Positions 28,383-39,400 of a stretch of 64,000 nt of DNA are shown here, in pieces. The stretch comes from a virus. The position numbers and the translations under genes were made by a program. The stretch's first letter is position 1. The number at the start of each line of letters is the position of its first letter. Below the pieces are notes generated by a model. That model saw only the letters and a list, made by a program, of their open reading frames with translations, was not told the DNA's origin and ran no database searches. The stretch lies in IMG/VR virus record IMGVR_UViG_3300028394_000053, positions 31,863 to 95,862 of that record. The stretch is one strand, 5' to 3'.

Positions 28383-31300
28383 GTGGCCGTCACAAGAATA
28401 AAAAATAACCAGATCACTGATGCATCAGCTGGCAATACCCAACTAGGTATCAATGCAAATACTAAAGTACAAGATCATAGCGTAACTTCAATCAAGTTAG
28501 CCAACAACATCACTTATGGTTCAGACCTTACCATCACAGGTAACTTGAGTGTGACTGGTACAACCACCGCGGTTGATACCACATATACCAACATCCAAGA
28601 TCCCCTAATCGTATTAGCGGATGGACAAACAGCCAATACTCCTACTGTGGACATTGGCTATATCGGTCTACGTGGAAATGCAGCATCTGGTAATATTGCT
28701 TCGTTCTGGAACGAAGCCAACAGCACATTTACTGTGGCCTACACCAATTCTGGTGTTATGGACAACACTGTCGTTGCTATCAACAGCTATGCAGACTTTA
28801 AGGCCAACAATATCAACACAGTAACCAATGTCAGTGCTGGTGCAAACGTCAATGTTGGCGGCAATGTAAATGTAACCAATAATGTAAGTGCTGGTGGTAA
28901 TATTGTTGCCGTTGTTGACATAACCGGCGGAAATATCTTCACTGCCAACACTGTAAGTGCAGGCGGTAATGTAGAAGGCAATGCTATACTTGCTCGTAAC
29001 AGTGGCAACATCAGCACAGCAGGCAATGTTTATGGTGCTAACGTATTGGCAACTGTAGTAAGTGCTAGTAGTAACGTAACTGGTGGCAATATCAACACAG
29101 GCGGATCTGTCAGTGCTGGTGGCAATGTGTCTGCAATCGCAGTAAGTGCCAGTGGCAATGTAACTGCCAACAATGTAACAGTTGGAAACATTGTAAGTGC
29201 AATTGGTAACATTGTTACCAGCAATTTCTTTGTAGGTGATGGATACTATATCAGCAACATCAACCCAGGTAACATTGGTACTCCGACCAAGATTCAAAAC
29301 GGCGGAACCTATGCCAACGCAACTGCAGCAAACGCCAACCTAACAATCGCTGTTGGGTCAAGCAGTAACCTAGTAGCCACATTCTATGACACTGGTGTCA
29401 ACATCAACGGCAATGTAAGTTCAAGCGGTAATATTATCGCTGTTGCCAATGTAGACGGTGCAAATGTAAATGCCACAACAATTTCTGCTACTGCAAATAT
29501 AACTGGTGGTAACGTCATATTTGGTTCTGGTGATGTAACTGGAACTGGCAACGTATTTGCTGGTAATGTATTTTTTGGCGCCGGTGTTGCAAGCGGAACT
29601 GGTGATGTATTTGGCGGCAATTTCTACGCTGGAACCGATGTAAGTGCCGGCGGCAATGTTGACGCTAACAATGTAAACGTAACAACCAATGTAAGTGTGG
29701 GTGCCAATGTAATTGGTGGCAATGTATTAAGCAACGGTGCGTTATCAGCAACTGGCACTGCCAATGTTGGTAATTTGGTCACCAACGGTTTGATATCAGC
29801 CACAGGCAATGCTCAAATTGGCAATATCTTAACAGGCGGTCAAGTAAGTGCAAGCGGCAACGTAACCGGCAACGTATTGGTTGGTAGCTTTGCCGAAGTA
29901 ACAAACACAGCCAATGTTGGTAATTTGACCACACAAGGCTTTATCAGCGCAACAGGCAATGCTCAAATTGGTAACGTTCTAACTGCCGGTCGAGTAAGTG
30001 CAACTGGCGATGTGTTTGGTAACAATGTATCAGCTGTGGCCAATGTCAACGGTGCAAATGTCAATGCTACAAATGTATACGTTACCAAAGTCAGCGCAAG
30101 CGGCAATGTTATAGCTGGTAATGTGATCAGTAACTTCTTATACAGTGACGGCAGTGCGTTAACAATCAGTGCAGTTGGCACTAATAGCGGTATCAGCATC
30201 CTAACAAACGGAACTGGTAACATTGGTGTTGGTAGCACATACATCAACAACTTGGCAAATCCAGAACAGCCACAAGATGCGGCAACCAAGCAGTATGTAG
30301 ATGACGTGGCTCAAGGACTCAACATCCATGACAGTACCAGTGCTGCTACCGGCAACACCTTGGCAAATATCACCGGCGGTACTATAACATACTACAACGG
30401 TCCAGCCAATAACGGTGTTGGTGCTACCCTGACCACAACCGGTTCATATACCAACATTGACGGTGTGGCTATTAACGTAGCCAACACACGTATCTTGGTC
30501 AGGGCAGAAGCCAATGCAGTGTTCAACGGTATCTATGTTTATTCCAATGCAACAGCTATTACTCGTGCCGCAGATTACAACCAAGTGCCAGAAGTTGAAG
30601 CTGGTGACTTTGTGTTCAACTTGTACGGTAATGTATATGGCAATACCAGCTGGGTACAAACCAGCAACGTCAGCAACGTGGGACAAGCTGGAAACAACAT
30701 TGTGTTCACACAGTTCTCTGGTCAAGGTACATACATACAAGGTAACGGTATTGCTATCGTTGCTAACGAAATCAGCACCAGAATCAATACTGGCAACCTA
30801 GAGTATGATGGATCTGGTAACCTACAAGTATCAACCAGTGCTCAATTCACTACTCCAGCTCTTGGATCAGCAACTGGTACAACAATCAGCTTGACTGGCA
30901 ACGTAACTGCAAGTGCTGTTGGTGCAACAGAACTCAGTGCAAGTGGCAATGTTTACGGCGGTAATGTAAGTGCAGCAGGCACTATTGTTGCTGTGGCAAA
31001 CATAGCCGGCGGTAACTTGTTGACTGGCAACGCGATCAGTGCAACTGCTACAATCACTGGTGGTAATTTGGTTACAGGTGGATTCCTCAGCGTTGCAGGA
31101 AATGCGTTTGTTGGTAACTTGAGCATAGTCGGTAACGTATTCAGCGATATTAATATGCTGACCAATATCACAACTGGTGGTTATATAACTGCTATTGGTA
31201 ATGTAAGTGGTGGAAACGTAAATGCTGTAGCCAATATATCAGCAACAGGAAATGTAGTTGGCGGCAACATTATATTTGGTTCTGGTGTTGTAAGTGGAAC

Positions 31301-33086
31301 TGGTAATGTCACAGGCGGTAACGTGATATTTGGCTCTGGGGTTGTTAGCGGAACTGGCACAATTAGTGGTGGCAATGTAAATGTAACCACAGACGTTAGC
31401 GCAGGCGGAAATGTACAAGCCAATGCTGTACTAGTCCTTAACAGTGGCGCAATCAGCACAGGTGGTAATGTATCGGGTGCCAATGTATTGGCAACTGTAG
31501 TAAGTGCCAGTGGTAACGTGACGGCTAACAACGTGACAGTTGGAAACATTGTGAGTGCTGGTGGTAACATTGTTACCAGTAGCTTCTTTGTAGGCGATGG
31601 TTACTATATCAGCAACATCAACCCGGGCAACGTGGCCATAACCAAACTGGTCAACGGTGGTAGTTATGCCAATATTACGTCAGCAGATGGCAACTTGGTA
31701 ATTGCAGTTGGCGCAGCCAGCAACGTGACAACCACATTTGCCAATAACTTGTTAGCGGCAAACGGCGTAATCAGTGCCAGTGGCAATATTGTCTCTGGTA
31801 ACTTGACCATAACTCCAACACAAAGTATTGTTGGTGCTATAACAAACGGCAACATCAGCGTACACCCAGATGGAACTGGTGCATTTATTGTTCAAACAGG
31901 TGGCAATACTGCTATGTTGATTCAAAGCGATGTGCCTAATGCAGAATGCTTTGTACAAATCAACACCACTGGTACTGGACTTGGTGCAGTTGGCGGCGGA
32001 TCATACAATGGTAGTTATATACTAGGCAACAGCACTCCTTCGCAGATCAACAATCGGTTGGCTTCTTTTGCTGGTAGAGGATCTGAAAATGGCACAACTC
32101 TTACAGTCAGTCCTAGCGCACAAATTACTCTCGACGCAGCAGCAGATTGGACAACCGGTAGTACACCAACCCACATCAGTTTCTGGACTACAAATACTGG
32201 ATCTAATGTTTATGGTGAAAGTGTAAGAATTCAAGGCACTGGAAATGTAGTACTTTATTCAGGTAGCTTGAACGCAGCCAACGGTAATGTTAATAGTGCT
32301 AATTTATATGTAAGTTCTAACGCAAGTATAACTGGTAATGTTAGTGCTGGTAACTTGAGTACAGGTGGTCAGATATACTCTGCGGGTAACGTCACAGTCA
32401 ACACATTCTTCTACGTTGATCCTGTAGACAGTACTGTGTTGATTGCTAGTAACTCAATCGTAGCATGTTCTGTATTGACCATGAATGCTACTACCAGCTT
32501 TGTAGTACCAACTGGTAACACAGCACAGCGACCATCAAGCACATACACTGGTATGGTTCGTTTCAATACCACTCAAAACAACTTAGAGATCTACGACAAC
32601 AATGCTTGGACCCCAGTTGGTTCCACAGAGTTTACTGTTATCAGCGATCAACAGTTCAATGGTGATGGTGCAACTGTAAACTTCACATTATCAAGCACAC
32701 AAACAACCAACAGTTGTATTGTAAGTATTAACGGTGTGGTACAGATTCCAACACTGGCATACTCTGTGTCAGGAACCAACCCAACTTGTGTACTGACATT
32801 TACTGAAGCTCCAGCAAACGGTGACGTGATTGACGTAAGACAGATCACAACCACTGTAACTGTAAGCCAGATTGACAACGTGAGTGGAAATGCGATTGTT
32901 GCGGCCAGCCCAACTTCATCACAGATCAACATCACTGGTAACTTGGTGACCACTGTTAATAGTGCGGCTCCAACACTGTCAACAAACAGTACCATGAGCT
33001 TCCAGCTGGTAAGTAATACTCAGTTGAATATCTTGGTACGTGGTAGTGACGGTACAACAAGAAGTGTTGCACTAACCCTAAGCTAA
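28383..33086 (+). CDS. large fibre/adhesin-like virion protein
   Basis: 1567 aa of repeated (S/T)A.GN(V/I).GGN units; DAATKQYVD fibre motif; PTGNTAQRP...GMVRFNT...LEIY; C-terminal GDG.T.NFTL...NGVVQ.P domain. Confidence 0.75.
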   Translation: MAVTRIKNNQITDASAGNTQLGINANTKVQDHSVTSIKLANNITYGSDLTITGNLSVTGTTTAVDTTYTNIQDPLIVLADGQTANTPTVDIGYIGLRGNAASGNIASFWNEANSTFTVAYTNSGVMDNTVVAINSYADFKANNINTVTNVSAGANVNVGGNVNVTNNVSAGGNIVAVVDITGGNIFTANTVSAGGNVEGNAILARNSGNISTAGNVYGANVLATVVSASSNVTGGNINTGGSVSAGGNVSAIAVSASGNVTANNVTVGNIVSAIGNIVTSNFFVGDGYYISNINPGNIGTPTKIQNGGTYANATAANANLTIAVGSSSNLVATFYDTGVNINGNVSSSGNIIAVANVDGANVNATTISATANITGGNVIFGSGDVTGTGNVFAGNVFFGAGVASGTGDVFGGNFYAGTDVSAGGNVDANNVNVTTNVSVGANVIGGNVLSNGALSATGTANVGNLVTNGLISATGNAQIGNILTGGQVSASGNVTGNVLVGSFAEVTNTANVGNLTTQGFISATGNAQIGNVLTAGRVSATGDVFGNNVSAVANVNGANVNATNVYVTKVSASGNVIAGNVISNFLYSDGSALTISAVGTNSGISILTNGTGNIGVGSTYINNLANPEQPQDAATKQYVDDVAQGLNIHDSTSAATGNTLANITGGTITYYNGPANNGVGATLTTTGSYTNIDGVAINVANTRILVRAEANAVFNGIYVYSNATAITRAADYNQVPEVEAGDFVFNLYGNVYGNTSWVQTSNVSNVGQAGNNIVFTQFSGQGTYIQGNGIAIVANEISTRINTGNLEYDGSGNLQVSTSAQFTTPALGSATGTTISLTGNVTASAVGATELSASGNVYGGNVSAAGTIVAVANIAGGNLLTGNAISATATITGGNLVTGGFLSVAGNAFVGNLSIVGNVFSDINMLTNITTGGYITAIGNVSGGNVNAVANISATGNVVGGNIIFGSGVVSGTGNVTGGNVIFGSGVVSGTGTISGGNVNVTTDVSAGGNVQANAVLVLNSGAISTGGNVSGANVLATVVSASGNVTANNVTVGNIVSAGGNIVTSSFFVGDGYYISNINPGNVAITKLVNGGSYANITSADGNLVIAVGAASNVTTTFANNLLAANGVISASGNIVSGNLTITPTQSIVGAITNGNISVHPDGTGAFIVQTGGNTAMLIQSDVPNAECFVQINTTGTGLGAVGGGSYNGSYILGNSTPSQINNRLASFAGRGSENGTTLTVSPSAQITLDAAADWTTGSTPTHISFWTTNTGSNVYGESVRIQGTGNVVLYSGSLNAANGNVNSANLYVSSNASITGNVSAGNLSTGGQIYSAGNVTVNTFFYVDPVDSTVLIASNSIVACSVLTMNATTSFVVPTGNTAQRPSSTYTGMVRFNTTQNNLEIYDNNAWTPVGSTEFTVISDQQFNGDGATVNFTLSSTQTTNSCIVSINGVVQIPTLAYSVSGTNPTCVLTFTEAPANGDVIDVRQITTTVTVSQIDNVSGNAIVAASPTSSQINITGNLVTTVNSAAPTLSTNSTMSFQLVSNTQLNILVRGSDGTTRSVALTLS

Positions 33087-33104
33087 TAGCAAACGGGCAC
33101 GAGA

Positions 33105-33136
33105 AAAATAGGACTCCCTGGAGTTCTATTTTTTTG
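33105..33136 (+). terminator. rho-independent terminator
   Basis: AAAAATAGGACTCC-CT-GGAGTTCTATTTTTTT. Confidence 0.75.
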
Positions 33137-33164
33137 GCTAAATATATGACAAGATAGGTAAAAA

Positions 33165-35762
33165 ATGGCTCTAACTAAACCTCGTGCGTATCAAATATAC
33201 GACATAGATTATAAACAGGCAACACGGGCGGTAACTGTTGCGAACGTCTCTTTAACGGGCGGAGCTCCCAACAATGTTGATGGAATAAATCTCAGTGTCA
33301 ACGATCGCGTATTGGTCACAGGCCAAACAACTCAAAGTCAAAATGGTGTTTATGTAGTATCTGTCCTGGGCACTGGCGCAAATGGAACTTGGACTCGTAG
33401 CGGCGACACAGATGTAACTGGGGAACTACTAGCTGGTACCATTATTATGGTTACCGAAGGCGTAATCTACGCCGACACACAGTGGAAACTGATCACTGAC
33501 AATCCAATTGTGATTGGAACAACAGCATTAATATTTACACAGAACTACTATGCCAATGTGCTACATGCCGGCAACAGCAATGTTACAGTGTATAGTAACT
33601 CAGATATAACCATAACTTCGGCTGGTACAGCCAATGTGCTTACCATATCAAATACTGGTATTGCCGTCCTGGGAACTGTCAGTTCTACTGGAAACATTAC
33701 GGCCAACATTGGTAGTTTCTTTATTGGTAACGGAAGTCAATTAACTGGGGTTGTTGCAAGCACCAACGAAATTGTAAACGGAAATTCTAATGTTGCTATC
33801 CCAACAGCCAATGGATCTATACTATTTGCAGTAAATGGCGAAGCAAACACAATGACACTTGACCCGGGATCATTGACCATGTACGGTACGTTTGCAACTC
33901 CAGAGACGATTGCTTCCAATGTCACAGTATCACCAAATGTAAACGCTGTGTTATATGGACCGCTGAATGTTGACGAAGGCGTTGGTATTACCGTGCCTAC
34001 CAGCAGTACTTTGTATATTTACGGATCCAACGGCGATGAAGGTGGTGGTGAATCTGGCGCACAAGGCACAACTGGTACGAACGGAGCGCAAGGCACAACC
34101 GGAACAACAGGTGCTCAAGGCACAACTGGTACAGGCACACAAGGAACTACAGGAGCAGGCGCACAGGGAACTACAGGTGCAGGAACACAAGGCACAACAG
34201 GTGCTCAAGGCACTACAGGTGCTCAAGGAACTACAGGTGCAGGAACACAAGGCACAACAGGTGCTCAAGGAACTAATGGAACTACAGGTGCTCAAGGCAC
34301 AACAGGTGCTCAAGGAACTACAGGTGCTCAAGGAACTACAGGTGCTCAAGGCACTACAGGTGCTCAAGGAACTACAGGTGCTCAAGGCATCACCGGAGCA
34401 CAAGGCACCGTGGGAGCCCAGGGAACTACAGGAGCTCAAGGCGTCCAGGGCACAAGTGGAGCACAGGGCACACAAGGCACTAATGGAGCTCAAGGTACAC
34501 AAGGAGTAATTGGAGCCCAGGGCACAACAGGTGCTCAAGGCACAACCGGATCATTTAGTGGAAACTTGACTGCCAATATTGATGGGCAAGGTTTCAGTAT
34601 CAGTAATGTGGCCGTTGTAAGTGCCACAGCAAACATTACCGGTGGTAACATCATAACTGGTGGCCAGATAAGTGTTACTGGTAATATCATTGTCAGCACC
34701 GCCGGATTTTTTGGCGTAGGCACAGCCACACCTGACTCAGAAATTAATATTTTAGCAAACCCACAAACTGTGAGTTATCCAGTCACTGGCAACAGTACCA
34801 CTACTGGAACAGACCTACACATATCAGGAGCAGATGGAACGCAAACTCGTATCACACAAGATGCATTTGGTACAAGTCAATACGTGGCGTTTACTGGACG
34901 TTCTGCCAGAGGCACTGCAGCCTCGCCAACACAGACCCAGTCTGCAGATACCATTTCTCAGTTTACTGGCCGTGGATTCAGTAGCGGAACTTTACAGTTT
35001 GGAAATATTTCAAGTGGTCGAGTAGACATCACAGCCTCGGGAGCCTTTACAGATACCAGCCGCCCAACCGACGTGCAGATATTTACTACAGCCGTAAATT
35101 CTATAACGCCCACTGCGATAGCCACATTCTCCAGTGCTGCAGGCCTAAGTGTAGCCGGCAACATCACAGGTGGTAATATCCTGGGTGGTGCCAATGTCAA
35201 TGCCACTACACATACAGGTACTACGGCAAGTTTGACTGGTAATGTCACAGGTGGCAATCTTTTAACAGGTGGTGGTATCAGCGCAACTGGCCAAATATCA
35301 GCCACTGGCAACATCACCGGTGGTAATATACTGGGTGGTGCCAATGTCAACGCAACCACACACACAGGTACTACGGCAAGTTTGACTGGCAACATCACAG
35401 GTGGCAACGTCAGCGCAACCGGTAACGTGTTTGATGTGGCTGGCAATGTGCGTACTATTGTGGCTCGAGCCAGTGCCGCTGCCAACTATACCTTGGTGGT
35501 TGGTGATGCTGGCCGACACATAAACTACACTGGTACTACCTCTATTGTTGTTCCAGCTTCAGTTTTTGGTGCAGGCGATTGTATCACTTTGTTCAACAAT
35601 CAGGCTGCTAACATACTGATCAATGGAAGCACAGCTGGCGTCACTTTGAGATTGGCCGGCACTGCTAGTACTGGTAACAGGACTCTGACACAATTTGGTC
35701 TCAGCACAGTTTTGTGTGTGGCTGCAAATACATTTGTTATTTCGGGTGCTGGACTAATCTAA
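33165..35762 (+). CDS. tail fibre protein with collagen-like region
   Basis: DRVLV..QT..SQNGVY...WTRS.D N-terminal fibre motif; (GAQGTT)n region; C-terminal YTLV..DAG...SGAGL domain. Confidence 0.75.
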   Translation: MALTKPRAYQIYDIDYKQATRAVTVANVSLTGGAPNNVDGINLSVNDRVLVTGQTTQSQNGVYVVSVLGTGANGTWTRSGDTDVTGELLAGTIIMVTEGVIYADTQWKLITDNPIVIGTTALIFTQNYYANVLHAGNSNVTVYSNSDITITSAGTANVLTISNTGIAVLGTVSSTGNITANIGSFFIGNGSQLTGVVASTNEIVNGNSNVAIPTANGSILFAVNGEANTMTLDPGSLTMYGTFATPETIASNVTVSPNVNAVLYGPLNVDEGVGITVPTSSTLYIYGSNGDEGGGESGAQGTTGTNGAQGTTGTTGAQGTTGTGTQGTTGAGAQGTTGAGTQGTTGAQGTTGAQGTTGAGTQGTTGAQGTNGTTGAQGTTGAQGTTGAQGTTGAQGTTGAQGTTGAQGITGAQGTVGAQGTTGAQGVQGTSGAQGTQGTNGAQGTQGVIGAQGTTGAQGTTGSFSGNLTANIDGQGFSISNVAVVSATANITGGNIITGGQISVTGNIIVSTAGFFGVGTATPDSEINILANPQTVSYPVTGNSTTTGTDLHISGADGTQTRITQDAFGTSQYVAFTGRSARGTAASPTQTQSADTISQFTGRGFSSGTLQFGNISSGRVDITASGAFTDTSRPTDVQIFTTAVNSITPTAIATFSSAAGLSVAGNITGGNILGGANVNATTHTGTTASLTGNVTGGNLLTGGGISATGQISATGNITGGNILGGANVNATTHTGTTASLTGNITGGNVSATGNVFDVAGNVRTIVARASAAANYTLVVGDAGRHINYTGTTSIVVPASVFGAGDCITLFNNQAANILINGSTAGVTLRLAGTASTGNRTLTQFGLSTVLCVAANTFVISGAGLI
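34056..34550 (+). repeat. collagen-like Gly-X-Y repeats (18-nt GGTGCTCAAGGMACWACA units)
   Basis: Tandem GAQGTT units with occasional GAGTQ interruptions. Confidence 0.9.
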
Positions 35763-36442
35763 TGACCATACAAGTAATGGCAGGAACACCTGCATTTCCA
35801 CAAGTGACAGTGATAACCACAGCCGGTGCTGGCAGCGTTACCGCACCTGTTGGAGCGACTAGAGTCACTGTAGAAGCCATTGGCGGTGGCGGCAACGGAT
35901 TTGGAGCCACCGCCAATGCCAACAAAGCTGGTGGCGGAGGTGGTCGTTTTGCTAGAACTATAAATCTTGACGTCACCGGTGGAACCACTATTGTGTATTA
36001 TTCAGTTGGTGCAGCCAGCACTCTGAGTTGGGTCAACGTGGGTACCAATGCAAATCCATCGAGCTCGGCCACCGGATGTCGGGCACAACCCGGATCTGAC
36101 GCTGCTTCGGGAGTGGCAGGCAACGGCACTACAGGCACAATGATTGGAACAACCACTGCTGATGGTGGCAGTGGGGCAGTGGGTAATAACGCCACTTCTC
36201 TGGGTGGCGGCGGTGCTGGTGCAGGAGCCACTATTGCAGGTGCCGGCACAGCAGGGTCAGGGCAAACAGCCGGAACAGATACTACAGGTATGAGCCTCAC
36301 CGCACAACAGATGGGTTCTGGAACAGGCGGCGCATCGCTCACAGCCGGCACAGCACCCGGCGGCGGAGGCGCCAGTAGTGCCACTGCTGGAGTCAACCCT
36401 GCAGGTGCCATTGGACGAGTTCGTATTACTTTTTACGGATAG
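35762..36442 (+). CDS. glycine-rich fibre-associated protein
   Basis: Start MTIQVM via TAATG overlap; V.VEAIGGGG, AGGGGG, PGGGG and G.VRIT motifs of phage glycine-rich domains. Confidence 0.65.
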   Translation: MTIQVMAGTPAFPQVTVITTAGAGSVTAPVGATRVTVEAIGGGGNGFGATANANKAGGGGGRFARTINLDVTGGTTIVYYSVGAASTLSWVNVGTNANPSSSATGCRAQPGSDAASGVAGNGTTGTMIGTTTADGGSGAVGNNATSLGGGGAGAGATIAGAGTAGSGQTAGTDTTGMSLTAQQMGSGTGGASLTAGTAPGGGGASSATAGVNPAGAIGRVRITFYG

Positions 36443-36491
36443 AGACTTTTTAACGTACAGATAAATACAAAGATAAAAAGGATTAGAAAAA

Positions 36492-39400
36492 ATGGCACTT
36501 ACACTTGACGGAACCACGGGAATTAGCGCAACCGGTAATATTTACGGTAATAATATTATTGGTACTCTTATCCAAACCAACGTAGCAACTGCTGGTAATG
36601 TAAGTGCTGGCGGTAACGTTCTTGCTGGAAATGTCAGCGTATCCGGCAATGTAACCGGTGCTTATATTCTAGGTAATGGCGCATTGTTAAGTAGTATTGC
36701 TACAACCAGCATACAAAACGGAACATCAAATGTCGCAATAGCCACATCTGGTGGCAACATTAATGTAGCTGTTGGCGGCACTGCTATTGCGGCCTTTACT
36801 ACAACTGGCTTGATTCCAGCGGCCAATATCACTCAAGATTTAGGTAACACAACCAATCGATGGAGAGACCTATACCTAAATGGCAACACAATCTATCTTG
36901 GCAATGCCACAATCAGTGCCAATGCCACAAGTATTGTGTTGACCAATCCCGACGGTGGTGCCACAGTACTGTCAGGCACCCCTGGTAACAGCGAATTAAC
37001 TGGCGCAACAGTGAGCGTCATTGGCAATGTTACAGGTAACAACATTATTGCGGCCAACACTGTCAGTGCTGTAGGTAACGTTACTGGTGGCAATATCAAC
37101 ACAGGCAACAATGTAAGTGCTGGTGGCAATATTTACGGTGGGAACATAAGTGTAACTGGAAGTCTTGTATTTGCCTCAGTGACTGGCACTACAATCAGTG
37201 CCAGTGGTAACATCACTGGTGGAAATTTGTTAACCGGTGGCCTGATAAGTGTCACAGCCAATGTTACAGCTGGTAACATTATAACAGGCGGACTAGTCAG
37301 TGTTGCTGGCAATGTATTGGCCGGCACAATCAGTGCAAGCGGAAACGTAAATGCAACCAGCGTGAATTTATCTGGACTGGCATCTGTTACTGGGACTGTC
37401 ACTGCTGGAAATTTAATTACTGGTGGAATAGTAACTGCCACTGGTAACATTACATCATTGGGCAACATTGCCGCTGGAAATCTCCGCACAGATGGATCAA
37501 TCACAGCTCAAGGCAACATAATAGGTGGCAATTTATTAACTGGTGGATTGGTCAGTGTTGCTGCAACAGTCACAGGTGGCAATTTGGCCACGGGTGGCAC
37601 AGCATCAGTGGGCGGAAACATAACTGGTGCCAATATTTTAACAGGTGGTCTGATAAGTGCCACAGCCAACATCACAGCTGGCAATTTGGCCACGGGTGGC
37701 ACAGCATCAGTGGGCGGAAACATAACTGGTGCCAATCTTCTTACAGGCAATAATGTAAGTGCTGGTGGCAATATTTACGGTGGTAACATAAGTGTAACCG
37801 GAAGTCTTGTATTTGCGTCAGTAACGGGAACATCAATCAGTGCCAGTGGTAACATCACTGGTGGCAATGTGATATTTGGTGCAGGTGTAGTAAGTGGTAC
37901 AGGTAATGTATTTGCCACTAACCTAACTGGTACCTTACAAACGGCAAGTCAAACAAATATCACAAGCGTGGGCACACTGGGCAGTCTGGCTGTCACTGCA
38001 AATATAACCGGTGGCAATGTGATATTTGGTTCTGGTGTTGTAAGTGGAACTGGCAATGTATTTGCCACTAACCTAACTGGTACTTTACAAACAGCCGCAC
38101 AAACAAATATTACCTCAGTGGGTACACTGGGCAGTTTAGCTGTCACTGCAAACGTAACCGGTGGAAACATATTAACTGGCGGCTTAATAAGTGCCGCTTC
38201 AAACATCACTGGCGGCAATGTGATATTTGGTTCTGGTGTTGTAAGCGGAACTGGTAATGTATTTGCCACTAACCTAACTGGTACTTTACAAACAGCCGCA
38301 CAAACAAATATTACCTCAGTGGGTACACTGGGCAGTTTAGCTGTCACTGCAAACGTAACCGGTGGAAACATATTAACAGGTGGATTAATAAGTGCCGCTT
38401 CAAACATCACTGGCGGCAATGTAAGATTTGGTACTGGTGTTGTGAGTGGTACAGGCAACGTATTTGCCACTAACTTGACTGGTACCTTACAGACAGCAAG
38501 TCAAACTAATATTACCAGTGTAGGCACATTGGGTAGTTTGAGTGTGACAGCCAACGTAACTGCTGGCAATTTGACCACAAACGGCATTGCACGCATTGGT
38601 ACATTTGACATTACCAGTAACAGTATCACATCAAGTAATTATACCATTGTTATTGATCCAAACAGTCCTGGCAGTGTTGATGGCGAAGTTATTATCCAAG
38701 GTAACCTGGTTGTAAATGGTAACGTGACCTATATCAACAGTAACAACATAACCACAAACGACTTAACTATTAACATGGCCAACAATGCAGCCAATGCAAC
38801 TGCGGCCAACGGTGGTGGCATTGGAGTTGGCCCAGCAGGTAGTGAATTCATCAGCTTAACCTATAGCAGTACTGCCAACACCTGGGTGGCCAGCAATGGC
38901 ATGCAGGTACAAGGCATACTGAGTGCAAGCGGTAATATCACAGGCGGTAACATATCAGCAACCGCTCATACAGGAACCACTGTCAGCGTAACTGCAAACG
39001 TAACCGGTGGCAATGTTGTATTTGGCACAGGTGTTGTAAGTGGCACTGGCAATGTATTTGCTACTAACTTGACCGGTACCTTACAGACTGCAAGTCAAAC
39101 AAATATTACCTCAGTGGGCACACTAGGCAGTTTGGCTGTTACAGCAAACATCACTGGTGGCAATGTGTTATTTGGCACAGGGGTTGTAAGCGGTACTGGT
39201 AACATAACTGCCACAAACTTGACTGGTACTTTACAGACTGCAAGTCAAACAAATATTACCTCAGTAGGCACACTGGGCAGTTTAAATGTTACAGCAAACG
39301 TAACAGGTGGCAATGTGTTATTTGGATCTGGGGTTGTAACTGGAACTGGCAACATAATTGGTGGTAACATACGCACAGGTGGCCTGGTCACTGTGACCGG

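Noticed and set aside
34056-34550. Short periodic repeats resembling a CRISPR array (also 39456-40020 and 62924-64000)
   Set aside because: They are in-frame Gly-X-Y coding repeats with wobble variation, no unique spacers and no cas genes.
35157-39330. Possible diversity-generating retroelement TR/VR pair
   Set aside because: The repeats are internal tandem coding duplications without adenine-specific mismatches, and no reverse transcriptase lies in the window.
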